A stretch of DNA of 64,000 nucleotides from a virus, in IMG/VR virus record IMGVR_UViG_3300036886_000043, positions 1 to 64,000 of that record, one strand, 5' to 3'. Each line of letters begins with the position of its first letter. Position 1 is the stretch's first letter. Shown here in pieces: positions 9,929-18,575 of this stretch. The notes under the pieces were generated by a model. It was not told the DNA's origin. It made no database searches and was given only the letters and a program-made list of their open reading frames with translations. The position numbers and the translations under genes are program-made.

Positions 9929-10072
9929 ATGGAAAACTGGCAACCACGGAGACAGACACGAGGCGGGGATGTAGTTGGGTTGGCAATGCTGTTCTTGCTT
10001 ATCATCATCGGCTCTGGCTTGATCTGGCTCACAGTTCACTACGCTGCAACGATTGACGGCTGGCATTTCTAA
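9929..10072 (+). CDS. Small membrane protein
   Basis: One hydrophobic segment; purine-rich RBS. Confidence 0.5.
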   Translation: MENWQPRRQTRGGDVVGLAMLFLLIIIGSGLIWLTVHYAATIDGWHF

Positions 10073-10101
10073 GCCGCAATGGAGAGGGAGAGGGCAAAAG
10101 T

Positions 10102-10476
10102 ATGAAACTGGTATTTGACGAGCACACGTTAGGGACAGGAGCCGAAGGGCTTGAAATCAGCGTCAAGGGTTTCAAGAGCAGCCCCGCGGACCACGAGAGC
10201 GACCCTATCCAAGTTTTCATCGAGCACTATGATGGGAAGCTCCGCATCCACACCTGGGACGGATCGAGCCAAGACCCGGCCAGTGTCGTGATCGACCCGC
10301 TGCCCGGAGACGTAAAGTACACAGTGATCGTGGATTCTGAGGAGTACGGCGGGGAGACGCACGGCCCTTACGACTCCCCGGCAGAGGCGGTAGCCGCGAT
10401 TGAACGGCTGAAAGAAGCCGCAACAAAAACCGGAGACGGCGTGGAACGGAGCTATGCTATCGAACCCGCAAGCTAA
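10102..10476 (+). CDS. Acidic hypothetical protein
   Basis: Purine-rich RBS, 124 aa. Confidence 0.6.
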   Translation: MKLVFDEHTLGTGAEGLEISVKGFKSSPADHESDPIQVFIEHYDGKLRIHTWDGSSQDPASVVIDPLPGDVKYTVIVDSEEYGGETHGPYDSPAEAVAAIERLKEAATKTGDGVERSYAIEPAS

Positions 10477-10533
10477 ACCGCAACCCGGCGAAAGCCGCAA
10501 CGAAGAGAACTCAAAGGAAAGGTAGAAAAGCAA

Positions 10534-10758
10534 ATGGAACAGACGAGAGAAGAAGCAGCGTGCGCAGCAATGCTTTTAGCTTATGCCAATTCTTGCAAAC
10601 GGAGCGAGACGAGACAAAAGTGGACTATGAACGATCAACGGACTCACGAACGGCTCAAGGAAGCATTACTCCTCTTCATGGATGCCGATAATCTCGAAAC
10701 TTCTGTTATGCAGATTCGCGGTATTGGCCTAATATGTGAGCAGCCTCAAGTAGCCTAA
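10534..10758 (+). CDS. Hypothetical protein
   Basis: RBS; followed by terminator-like hairpin about 10780-10815. Confidence 0.55.
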   Translation: MEQTREEAACAAMLLAYANSCKRSETRQKWTMNDQRTHERLKEALLLFMDADNLETSVMQIRGIGLICEQPQVA

Positions 10759-11034
10759 ACACTCTAATCCTCAACACCTGGCCCGCCTCTCTTCACAGTC
10801 TGCGCGGGCCTTTCTCTGCCTTAAACTCCCCGCATTGCCTCCGCTCTGCCATTCCTTGCACCTTTTCCCTATGGTTGCAGCTCACCGGAAACACCCGCCC
10901 CACACTCCAAAGAAAAACTACGCGAGAGATGATGTCCCCGCCGTCGCCGCAGCGCCCCTCCTAAAGCCCTTGGATGTAGCGGGACTGTTATACGGGGGGC
11001 ACAATGTACCAGTGTTATGAGGTACAATGTACCA

Positions 11035-11352
11035 ATGGCGAGAGTAACGATAGAAGCGTGGAAATGCGACGTGTGCGCGTGGACGTGGATACCGGAGAGC
11101 ACGAGCGAACCGGCAAGGTGTCCGAGCCGGCAATGTAGATCGAGCCGATGGAACGCTGGCAAGATCGAGAGGCCGAAGCCGGAGAAAATGATTATCTTGA
11201 AACCGTGCGAGACGGAGAAGCCGAGAGCGCAAGAGATCGAGAGTCCGAAGCCGGCAGCGCGAGAGATACCAGCGCCGGCAGAACCCCGGAAGTTTACCAT
11301 CTGCCCGAAGTGTGGAGCATTGAACGGAAATCATTTTAGGGGCTGCAAGTAG
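11035..11352 (+). CDS. Zn-ribbon protein
   Basis: WKCDVCAWTW...PARCPSRQC...CPKC. Confidence 0.65.
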   Translation: MARVTIEAWKCDVCAWTWIPESTSEPARCPSRQCRSSRWNAGKIERPKPEKMIILKPCETEKPRAQEIESPKPAAREIPAPAEPRKFTICPKCGALNGNHFRGCK

Positions 11353-11408
11353 GGGCCTTGTACCTCTAGCGGCTTTGGGGCATAGTAGGGACATTGGAGG
11401 GAAACACC

Positions 11409-11615
11409 ATGAAGCTATGCATCCACATCGAATATGGGAATGATGCTATGCAGTTCCACGAGGACGCCGCGCCGGTACTCCGCGAATGTGCAGACGCCCT
11501 AGAGGGTTGCAATTGGAGCGGCAAGAACGCAAAGCCACTCTACGACATCAACGGAAACCGCGTCGGAACTATGGAGATGATTGGCCGTGACAAAGCAAAA
11601 GCGCAAAGCCGTTGA
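11409..11615 (+). CDS. Hypothetical protein
   Basis: GGAGG RBS; GNDAM...LRECAD...LYDINGNRVG pattern common in phage early genes. Confidence 0.65.
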   Translation: MKLCIHIEYGNDAMQFHEDAAPVLRECADALEGCNWSGKNAKPLYDINGNRVGTMEMIGRDKAKAQSR

Positions 11616-11799
11616 GTCTCACATCTTCGACGGCATGAAGACGGCCGTCACAGAGCAAGCGCAAGCCGCAGTGGAGCACAACGCGGCAGAGCTAACGGCC
11701 CGTCTGATTGAAGACCGGCCAACCATCGACGCAAGGGCAGGGGAAATGGAACGCAACAGCCCCTTGTTTTTCGGAACCATTCACCCGACACTGTTCTAA
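11581..11799 (+). CDS. Hypothetical protein (start uncertain)
   Basis: ORF fills gap. Confidence 0.45.
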   Translation: MAVTKQKRKAVESHIFDGMKTAVTEQAQAAVEHNAAELTARLIEDRPTIDARAGEMERNSPLFFGTIHPTLF

Positions 11800-11818
11800 G
11801 ACCTTGGAGGGTCGAACC

Positions 11819-12445
11819 ATGACAGCACAGAGCAAGAGAACCGAATCGTTACAGAACAAGCTCACCAGTCTTGGCGCTCGTCACCGCGCCATGACCACGG
11901 GCCCGGACAAAGGCCCACTGGACTGGTACGAACTGAACAGCCAAGTCGTGATAGTCCACCTGTACGCAAAGGGAGGCTATGAGGTTTACGCGCCAGTGGC
12001 AGGAGCCAGCTTGTCAGTACAAGAGACACTCGACGCGCTGGACAGGATAGCGGCCAGCAACCCGGCACCGCTGAGCGTGGACAGGCAGGACTACGCACAC
12101 ACAACCCAGGTAGTAAACCGCATCATTGACGAAGTCGCCGGCACGATCAGGACAAACGGAATACAGGAACTTGACCACGAACAGCGCGGCGGCATGAGCA
12201 CCTACCTGTATGTAGTCGATTGTCTGGTAGCGACAGCCTACAACGCTTGCCGCGCCCTGCCAGGGTTCGCGCTGAGCTATGGCGAATTTCACACCAGGGC
12301 AACGGCAAAGCCGCAGCCCACAGCCGCAGACCGTGGAGCCGCAAGGGGAGTAATAGCGGAGATGGAGCACGGACCGGCCATGAGCGGCACAATGGAAGAT
12401 GAAGTACGCTTGCCGAGCTATCAGCGGTACGCGGCCACGCACTGA
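11819..12445 (+). CDS. Hypothetical protein
   Basis: GGAGG RBS; followed by palindrome and terminator. Confidence 0.65.
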   Translation: MTAQSKRTESLQNKLTSLGARHRAMTTGPDKGPLDWYELNSQVVIVHLYAKGGYEVYAPVAGASLSVQETLDALDRIAASNPAPLSVDRQDYAHTTQVVNRIIDEVAGTIRTNGIQELDHEQRGGMSTYLYVVDCLVATAYNACRALPGFALSYGEFHTRATAKPQPTAADRGAARGVIAEMEHGPAMSGTMEDEVRLPSYQRYAATH

Positions 12446-12472
12446 GCGGCTTCCCAAACTTTGGAACGAATC

Positions 12473-12500
12473 GGCCTCATCTTCGGGTGGGGCCTTTCCT
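12473..12500 (+). terminator. Intrinsic terminator (related copy at about 12926-12955)
   Basis: GGCCTCATC-TTCG-GGTGGGGCC then TTTCCTT. Confidence 0.65.
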
Positions 12501-12557
12501 TTGTCCGGCAGCGGTGAGATATTGGGGATGCGGTCAAGGCCGCAGGAGGGTAACAGG

Positions 12558-12905
12558 ATGTCCCAGGCAGCGTTAAGGAATCGAATCAGGATTGAGGAGC
12601 AGATAGTCGAGCGGTGTATAGCTGACCTGCTAGCGGCTGGTTACAGTCTCGGAGTGCATGACGGGGAAGAGATAACCATCCACCACAGCCAGGATGCCGC
12701 AGCGGTCAAAGCCGCAATGTTCACCACTGACGAGGCAAGACTATTCGTCTACAAGACAGACGGCCCGCAAGGTAAGCGCGACTGGTTTGGATGGGTGTTC
12801 TTTGTCTACGGTAATGATGGGTGGGACGTAATCAACGATCACACCTGCAACCTTGAGGACGCATTGAAGGGAGTAGACGAGTACGCCGAGACCTTCGAGC
12901 GGTAG
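12558..12905 (+). CDS. Phage hypothetical protein
   Basis: AGGAGG RBS; V.DGEE...GWVFFVYGNDGWDVIND pattern. Confidence 0.7.
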   Translation: MSQAALRNRIRIEEQIVERCIADLLAAGYSLGVHDGEEITIHHSQDAAAVKAAMFTTDEARLFVYKTDGPQGKRDWFGWVFFVYGNDGWDVINDHTCNLEDALKGVDEYAETFER

Positions 12906-13277
12906 ACGGCAACCAGGCAGGGAATCGGCTCATCCTTCGGGATGGGCCTTTTCTTGCTCCAAACGGCCTCACCACTTGCCCCAGGACGCGCTGACAGGGA
13001 ACCGGGCAGCCTACCCTATGGCAGAAACGCCCAAGGCCGCCAGCCCCGCGCCCCTGCCCGCTCCTCAGCCGCTCAGCCCCGTGCGCAAGGGGGTGGGGGT
13101 GCCTCAGCGACGCGACGCGACTAACCCAGCGAAAATAAACCGGCAAATCTTAAAAAGGAAAAAGATGTAGGCAGTTTGGTTTGTCAAGGTGTGCGAAAGA
13201 AAAGGGTGGGTGTGGTATTTTACAATGTAGGCAGAATGTAGTAAGGTGACGATGTAGGCAAAAAGGAGGAATCGAAA

Positions 13278-13490
13278 ATGGCAAGAGATGGGGGGGTATT
13301 AAAAACAGAAACAGTAAATCCGATCAAACTAAACATCAAACAAATCAACGGACAAAGGCTTGAACGCTGGTGCCACTACTGGAACATCTCTTCTACTGAC
13401 ATTGATTTATTTGAAGTGAAGGACGGAAGGATTGAACAAGTAGCAGCAATAGGGAATATCGAGTCAATCGAAGAAGTAGCAAACATATAA
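13278..13490 (+). CDS. Hypothetical protein
   Basis: AGGAGG RBS. Confidence 0.6.
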   Translation: MARDGGVLKTETVNPIKLNIKQINGQRLERWCHYWNISSTDIDLFEVKDGRIEQVAAIGNIESIEEVANI

Positions 13491-13828
13491 CACAACGACG
13501 CCCGCTGACGCGGGCTGGCGGTTTTCGGGAGTCGAAAATGTCTGAGCGATTAGTTTGGTTTGAGGTTCGGGAGAAAAGGCGGTTCCGCTGGCAGTGGTGG
13601 GGCTGGAAGAAGGTTGATGCCAAACCCGTGCCAGAAGATCAAGTCAGTTTTTTCATTCAGATTGCGATGGCTCCGTATGTGCTGCAAGGGGTCGAGTACA
13701 GGTTGAGGTCGGCGTGAGCGGTTTAGGGGAGGGTTAAAATGTGGAATCCGCTTTGCATTGTGTTCGGCCACCGTAAGGTGAGTTGGAAGACGGGATCAAT
13801 TGATTTATTTGAAGTGAAGGACGGAAGG
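13401..13828 (+). repeat. 30-bp exact direct repeat (13401-13430 and 13799-13828)
   Basis: ATTGATTTATTTGAAGTGAAGGACGGAAGG occurs twice. Confidence 0.85.
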
Positions 13829-13975
13829 CACGGGAGCCGGACTGGAACGGTAGTTACCCACCAAAAGTGCATACGGCGGTTTTGCGGCTGGAGCCGGGAG
13901 TGGTGGAAAAGACTGCCAGCACAGATAGTAAAAGAAGAGTTGAGCGGTTTTGGATTCCAAATTTTGGGGGAATGA
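13739..13975 (+). CDS. Hypothetical protein
   Basis: GGAGG-like RBS; LCIVFGH...C.R.C. Confidence 0.55.
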   Translation: MWNPLCIVFGHRKVSWKTGSIDLFEVKDGRHGSRTGTVVTHQKCIRRFCGWSREWWKRLPAQIVKEELSGFGFQILGE

Positions 13976-14226
13976 TGGACGAAAAGGATACGATGGATGG
14001 CATCACCAAAGATTCTCCTAAGATCAAGGCACAGGGTCTTGTTTTTAGGAAGCACACAGATGAAAAAGGTCTTATCTCTTTGATCTGTTTTCGAAGTGAT
14101 AACTCCTCTCATGAAAGCACCGATAGGGTGTTTCATGATTACAATTTACAATTTGGAGACGAGGAAAGTATTCCAGTGATGGCAGAGAAGTTGGCGAAAT
14201 GGTATCGATCATTTGATGTGAAATGA
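13972..14226 (+). CDS. Hypothetical protein
   Basis: ATGA coupling. Confidence 0.55.
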   Translation: MMDEKDTMDGITKDSPKIKAQGLVFRKHTDEKGLISLICFRSDNSSHESTDRVFHDYNLQFGDEESIPVMAEKLAKWYRSFDVK

Positions 14227-14251
14227 TTCCAAATTTTGGAATAGGGAGGAA

Positions 14252-14491
14252 TTGATGCAGAAGTTCAAAATAAGAAGCACGGTCACATGGAACACTGGCG
14301 GGAAGAGATGCACAGCGTCCTGCTATCAGCGGACTGGGGTGGTCACGGAAGTTGTGGCTGCATGGAAGATTCCGACTACCTACACGGATGGAAAATACAC
14401 GGTAGGATCACGGGACCACGAGTCCTATGTTGTAACAGTCGGAAGTCATAAATACTGGCCGCGAGTGAACAATTTGAGCGAGAAGGCGTAA
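14252..14491 (+). CDS. Hypothetical protein
   Basis: GGAGG RBS. Confidence 0.6.
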   Translation: MMQKFKIRSTVTWNTGGKRCTASCYQRTGVVTEVVAAWKIPTTYTDGKYTVGSRDHESYVVTVGSHKYWPRVNNLSEKA

Positions 14492-14702
14492 GGAGGGTAG
14501 GATGAAGGCTCGATTGACACAAAAGAATTTGGTGTTCGGGATCTACCGCGGCGCGAAGGGGTCGTTGAATCCCGGCTTGGTATCTGGTTTGCCGGCCACT
14601 ACATCTGGCCGTGGGAGCGGAAGCATGGAGAGCAAATGAAGAAGACTCAATTCACTGGCGGTCATAGTCCGCTAGTCAAACCGCAGGAAGAGGCAGGAGA
14701 AC

Positions 14703-15047
14703 ATGGCAACTGAGAAATTCGCAAACGAAGTAACGAAGTACGAGAACATCGCGCTTGAGCAATGGAACGATCTCAAGGCCGTTCTCTTGAAAGCCTTTCG
14801 ACTTCCCATCCAGCAGAACCAAGCGAAGGTGCAGTGGGGCTCAACGGTTTACGAGTGGGATACCGGAGTGTTCGAGTGGGACTTCCACCAGAACGACAAC
14901 CCGAACCCGGACAAGATTCCCAACACCTACTACCTCGAAATCCGCATCAAGCGGCGCCCGGCTGACCCGGCGGAGTTGGCAATCGAGAGCACGATTGCCA
15001 CGTTCTTCAAGAAGGTCACCGACAAGCAAAAGCGCAAGGAGCCCTAA
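14703..15047 (+). CDS. Hypothetical protein
   Basis: AGGAG RBS. Confidence 0.65.
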   Translation: MATEKFANEVTKYENIALEQWNDLKAVLLKAFRLPIQQNQAKVQWGSTVYEWDTGVFEWDFHQNDNPNPDKIPNTYYLEIRIKRRPADPAELAIESTIATFFKKVTDKQKRKEP

Positions 15048-15301
15048 TGCGTTGGGCCGTCTGCGTCAAGAACATCGAAGTCGGGAAGATGATGCTCATC
15101 ACGCCGGATATGTCGGTGGATGTAGACGACCCGCGCCTCGGCGATGAGGTCCACATCGTTCCTGTCGTGGAGGACCAAAAAGACCCGGACTGGCTTTCAT
15201 TCGGGGTCCACGATTTTGTTCGAGACTGCTACTGCCATCCGAAGATCCAAGAACAATGTTACGGCCGTACAATCATCTCGCACAGCGCAACGGTAAATTG
15301 A
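15047..15301 (+). CDS. Hypothetical protein
   Basis: TAATG coupling; H...C.C.P motif. Confidence 0.6.
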   Translation: MRWAVCVKNIEVGKMMLITPDMSVDVDDPRLGDEVHIVPVVEDQKDPDWLSFGVHDFVRDCYCHPKIQEQCYGRTIISHSATVN

Positions 15302-15588
15302 TGGAACCTATAACCACTCACGAGCAGTTCATGCTTGCGGTCCAGAATCATTTGAAGGAGCGCGAGGGATGTCCTGTTATGGTTATCGTGCATTCTCCTA
15401 CGGGCCTGGAGATGCAATTCAACTTCATGGACTATGCACTCCAGATGGGGATTCTCGACGTTGCCAAGATGTCAACAATGATCGCCTTTGAGCGACAGAC
15501 GCGAGAAGGACTCAAGACCGGAGAAAATCAAATTATGGTGTCGAACATCAAGGACGCCATTGATTCTGAAAAGAAGAAGGTGAACTGA
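15301..15588 (+). CDS. Hypothetical protein
   Basis: TGATG coupling. Confidence 0.6.
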   Translation: MEPITTHEQFMLAVQNHLKEREGCPVMVIVHSPTGLEMQFNFMDYALQMGILDVAKMSTMIAFERQTREGLKTGENQIMVSNIKDAIDSEKKKVN

Positions 15589-15786
15589 ATGGCAAGTCTG
15601 AAACTGAAAACCGGAACGCCGGTTGAAGTGAAGAAGGGATTCGTTGATCTCAACGGACCATGCGTTGTGCTCTACGAAACTGTAAAGGGCAACTTGGTTG
15701 AGGAGCACATGGTGCTGGCCTATCATCTCCTACCAGGAGAAATCGTGAGACGTGCGGGGGATGGTGATTATGCCGTCGAATATTAA
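15589..15786 (+). CDS. Hypothetical protein
   Basis: Abuts previous stop. Confidence 0.55.
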   Translation: MASLKLKTGTPVEVKKGFVDLNGPCVVLYETVKGNLVEEHMVLAYHLLPGEIVRRAGDGDYAVEY

Positions 15787-16222
15787 GTTCATTGACCGGC
15801 GCGGAGATAAGGAAAAAGCGCCAGCCTTGGTTGCCGAAGTGGTTCCCGAACCCGCAGCCGACAGGTCATCGTGGAAGAACGTCGGCTACATGATCTGTTT
15901 GATCCCGAGCAATGCTGGCCCAATCGTGGCCGGCAGAGCGGTTGGACTGAGGTCTGATGGGAAATGCTTCATCGGAGACTATTTTCTGTCGCAGATTTAC
16001 CCCGAGCATTTTGACTGGACAGTTGAATCTCGAAAGCGGCTCGACACCTATCTTGGATGCGACTGTGCCGTAGGGATTCAATGTGCTGTCCACAAGACGT
16101 ATGTGCCGCAGTGGATCAAGGCTGACACGCAGCGGCTTGAATTGATTGGGAGTTCTCCTGTACCCGAGGCAATCGAGGCAATGGTCAAGGGGCAAAGGTC
16201 AAGCATACTTAAACCCAGGTGA
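15770..16222 (+). CDS. Hypothetical protein
   Basis: Coupled ORF. Confidence 0.55.
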   Translation: MPSNIKFIDRRGDKEKAPALVAEVVPEPAADRSSWKNVGYMICLIPSNAGPIVAGRAVGLRSDGKCFIGDYFLSQIYPEHFDWTVESRKRLDTYLGCDCAVGIQCAVHKTYVPQWIKADTQRLELIGSSPVPEAIEAMVKGQRSSILKPR

Positions 16223-16833
16223 CGGGCATGTACTTTGAAAGAAAGTTCAGGCTCTTAACCTATGGGCCGGAGATGAACAATACTCTCTCGAAGCCGATTG
16301 AAGAGGCTGAATGGCCGGAGATTCCGAGGCTGTTTGGGTACATGGCCGAAGTTTTGTGGAAAGCTGGTGGGGTTGGGCTGGCGGCTCCGCAGATAGGGTG
16401 CTTTAAGCAGTTCGTGTTGATTGCAAGGAGCCACGGATCGATAATTGGTTTGGTGAACCCGGAGATCACGCGATTGTACGGCAAGGAGATTGAGGGGAAT
16501 GAGGGGTGTTTAAGTATGCCTCCGCCGGGAAATATGTGTAGGGTTCCACGACTTGAGATCGTCGATGTTGAAGCATCTCTTGCGGATACCCCGGATATAC
16601 GCAAGAAGTTGACATTTCATGGTGGAATGGCAAGAATCGTTCAGCACGAACTCGATCATCTGACGGGAACATTCTTTATCGACCGTGTTCCAGAGCGACG
16701 AGGGAAAGAGGTTCTGGGGCGATTTCACAACTGGAAAGCAATGCGCAGGGCGCAAATAAGAAGAAGCGAGGAAAATGAGTATGTCGATGCCGGAGCTTTC
16801 GCCGCTAGTCGCGGCCAATCTCGTATGTCATGA
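16219..16833 (+). CDS. def: Peptide deformylase
   Basis: All three signature motifs: GVGLAAPQIG, EGCLS, QHELDH. Confidence 0.95.
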   Translation: MTGMYFERKFRLLTYGPEMNNTLSKPIEEAEWPEIPRLFGYMAEVLWKAGGVGLAAPQIGCFKQFVLIARSHGSIIGLVNPEITRLYGKEIEGNEGCLSMPPPGNMCRVPRLEIVDVEASLADTPDIRKKLTFHGGMARIVQHELDHLTGTFFIDRVPERRGKEVLGRFHNWKAMRRAQIRRSEENEYVDAGAFAASRGQSRMS

Positions 16834-17023
16834 GTGCGGAACCATTCTGAAGCCGAAGGTAGTGATGGGCCGCAAGGGACAGAAACAGGTTGTCGATCAC
16901 CTGGAGTACGTTTGCAAGAACCCGAAGACCGGGTGTAACTACAAAGTGCAGTCAACCATCATGACCTCAATGGAAATGCTGGCGCTGCGTGATGACGGCA
17001 GTGAAGTGAGGATCGGAGAATGA
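16775..17023 (+). CDS. Small Zn-ribbon protein
   Basis: CHECG...CKN...C. Confidence 0.55.
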   Translation: MSMSMPELSPLVAANLVCHECGTILKPKVVMGRKGQKQVVDHLEYVCKNPKTGCNYKVQSTIMTSMEMLALRDDGSEVRIGE

Positions 17024-17532
17024 ACAGCATAATCTGGCTCTACATCATCGGCGGCTTTTTTGCGCTGCTCGGCGCCTGGACGTTCGTGAGAAAGGTTGTG
17101 TTCATCTCCCGGACTTTGTTTGGCACGATCAATGACCTTGCCAGCACGTTGAAAGATGCAACCGAGATAGCGCGGGCCTACCGCGAAGACCTTGCTATTC
17201 TTCGGCAGATGGCTCAGTCGGGACAAATTCCGAATCCTGGCGATGAGCCGGAATCGATTATTCCGCAGGCTCCAGCGGCTCCGGCCACAATGCCATCGCC
17301 GTATTGGGGCCGCTTCGCAACCAAGACCGAAGAGCCCGATGCGCCGGCTGAATCGGCTGGAGCGGTCGATGTAACCGCAACCGAAGAAGAACTTGTGGAT
17401 CAGGAAAGAAACGAAGCCGCGGTGGACTTTGAGGTAACCGAAAGACAGAAGGCCGCAACTCGTGAAGCGGATCAGGCAAGGGTCAAGGAACTTGCGGACC
17501 TGGGCATCAACGCGAAGCCGGAGGACCAGTGA
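17020..17532 (+). CDS. Membrane-anchored hypothetical protein
   Basis: N-terminal TM segment, acidic tail. Confidence 0.6.
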   Translation: MNSIIWLYIIGGFFALLGAWTFVRKVVFISRTLFGTINDLASTLKDATEIARAYREDLAILRQMAQSGQIPNPGDEPESIIPQAPAAPATMPSPYWGRFATKTEEPDAPAESAGAVDVTATEEELVDQERNEAAVDFEVTERQKAATREADQARVKELADLGINAKPEDQ

Positions 17533-18140
17533 AGTCGAGCTACACAAAAGCTCTCTCCACTCGCAACATGCGCGACCCGCGTCATCTGATGCGGCTTGTG
17601 AAGTTCCGGGTTCTCACAGGAACCGATGTCGAACGCATAGCGGCTATTGCCAAGTCCGAAGGCGTGAGCAAGGAAACCATCAAGGCTTCCGTTCGCCAGA
17701 TGGAGATGTATAGCGAACAGAACAAAACCTTCAATGTCGATTTGCGCATAAACGAATCGATTCTCAGGGTGATTCCAGCGTTTGAGAACAGCATGGCTGG
17801 GCTTCTTGCAGCGACAGAGTTGGTCGAGATTAACGATACCAAGACCGGGACGAAGAAGGTTGTCAAGCAGGACGACAAGACTACTCGCCTTGAAGCTAGC
17901 CGCATCGTGAAGGACATCATCGTTGCCAAGCAGCCGAAGGGGCCAATCGCGGAAATCAATGTCAATCAGACGAATCAGGTTGCGAATCTGAGCACAGCCG
18001 AGACAACAGAAGAGCGCATGGACCGCCTCAGAAAGAAAGCGGCTGAGGCCAACTTGCTTCCTGCTGAGGTCGCAGCGGTCCCTGGCTACCTTGACCGCGA
18101 TGAAGAGCCGGACGATGAGGACGGGGATGAAGAAGAATAG
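17529..18140 (+). CDS. Candidate terminase small subunit
   Basis: Helical 203 aa with HTH-like IAKSEGVSKETI, two genes upstream of TerL. Confidence 0.45.
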   Translation: MKSSYTKALSTRNMRDPRHLMRLVKFRVLTGTDVERIAAIAKSEGVSKETIKASVRQMEMYSEQNKTFNVDLRINESILRVIPAFENSMAGLLAATELVEINDTKTGTKKVVKQDDKTTRLEASRIVKDIIVAKQPKGPIAEINVNQTNQVANLSTAETTEERMDRLRKKAAEANLLPAEVAAVPGYLDRDEEPDDEDGDEEE

Positions 18141-18573
18141 CGCCTTCAAACTTCAAGCATCGGAAGTAGAACGAATCCGAGAGATGGTCCCAACCGTAGA
18201 CGAGTTGAGGATCATCGACTTAATGAGGGATTACCGCTCTATACGCAAGAACTATTTTGGGAACAGCATCCCTCCAACTGAAGAGATTCTAATTCGGTTT
18301 CTCCCGCGCAATGAGATGGGCAGACTCAGCGGATCTAAGGATCGGGATACCGATGGATATTGCTCATGCGGGAAACATCATGGAACTCCGGTCCCGCAAA
18401 CATTATCCTTGGTAGACGATCTTGATGTTAACCAGACAAGGATCACTCTCCTTCATGAAATGGCGCACATGAAGGTAAACACGAAGTTCGGCCGCGCCAT
18501 GAAACATGGTAAGAATTTCAAAAAAGAACTGCGGCGGCTTATGGCGGCTGGCGCATTTGATGATTGGTTGTAA
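18127..18573 (+). CDS. SprT-like zinc metalloprotease
   Basis: YFGN...TLLHEMAH...HGKNFK. Confidence 0.8.
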   Translation: MKKNSAFKLQASEVERIREMVPTVDELRIIDLMRDYRSIRKNYFGNSIPPTEEILIRFLPRNEMGRLSGSKDRDTDGYCSCGKHHGTPVPQTLSLVDDLDVNQTRITLLHEMAHMKVNTKFGRAMKHGKNFKKELRRLMAAGAFDDWL

Positions 18574-18575
18574 TC

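Noticed and set aside
1215-12720. Frequent AAGCCGCA octamer on the + strand
   Set aside because: Several copies are intergenic, but many are explained by Lys/Glu-Ala-Ala codons. Enrichment cannot be shown without a codon-aware count.
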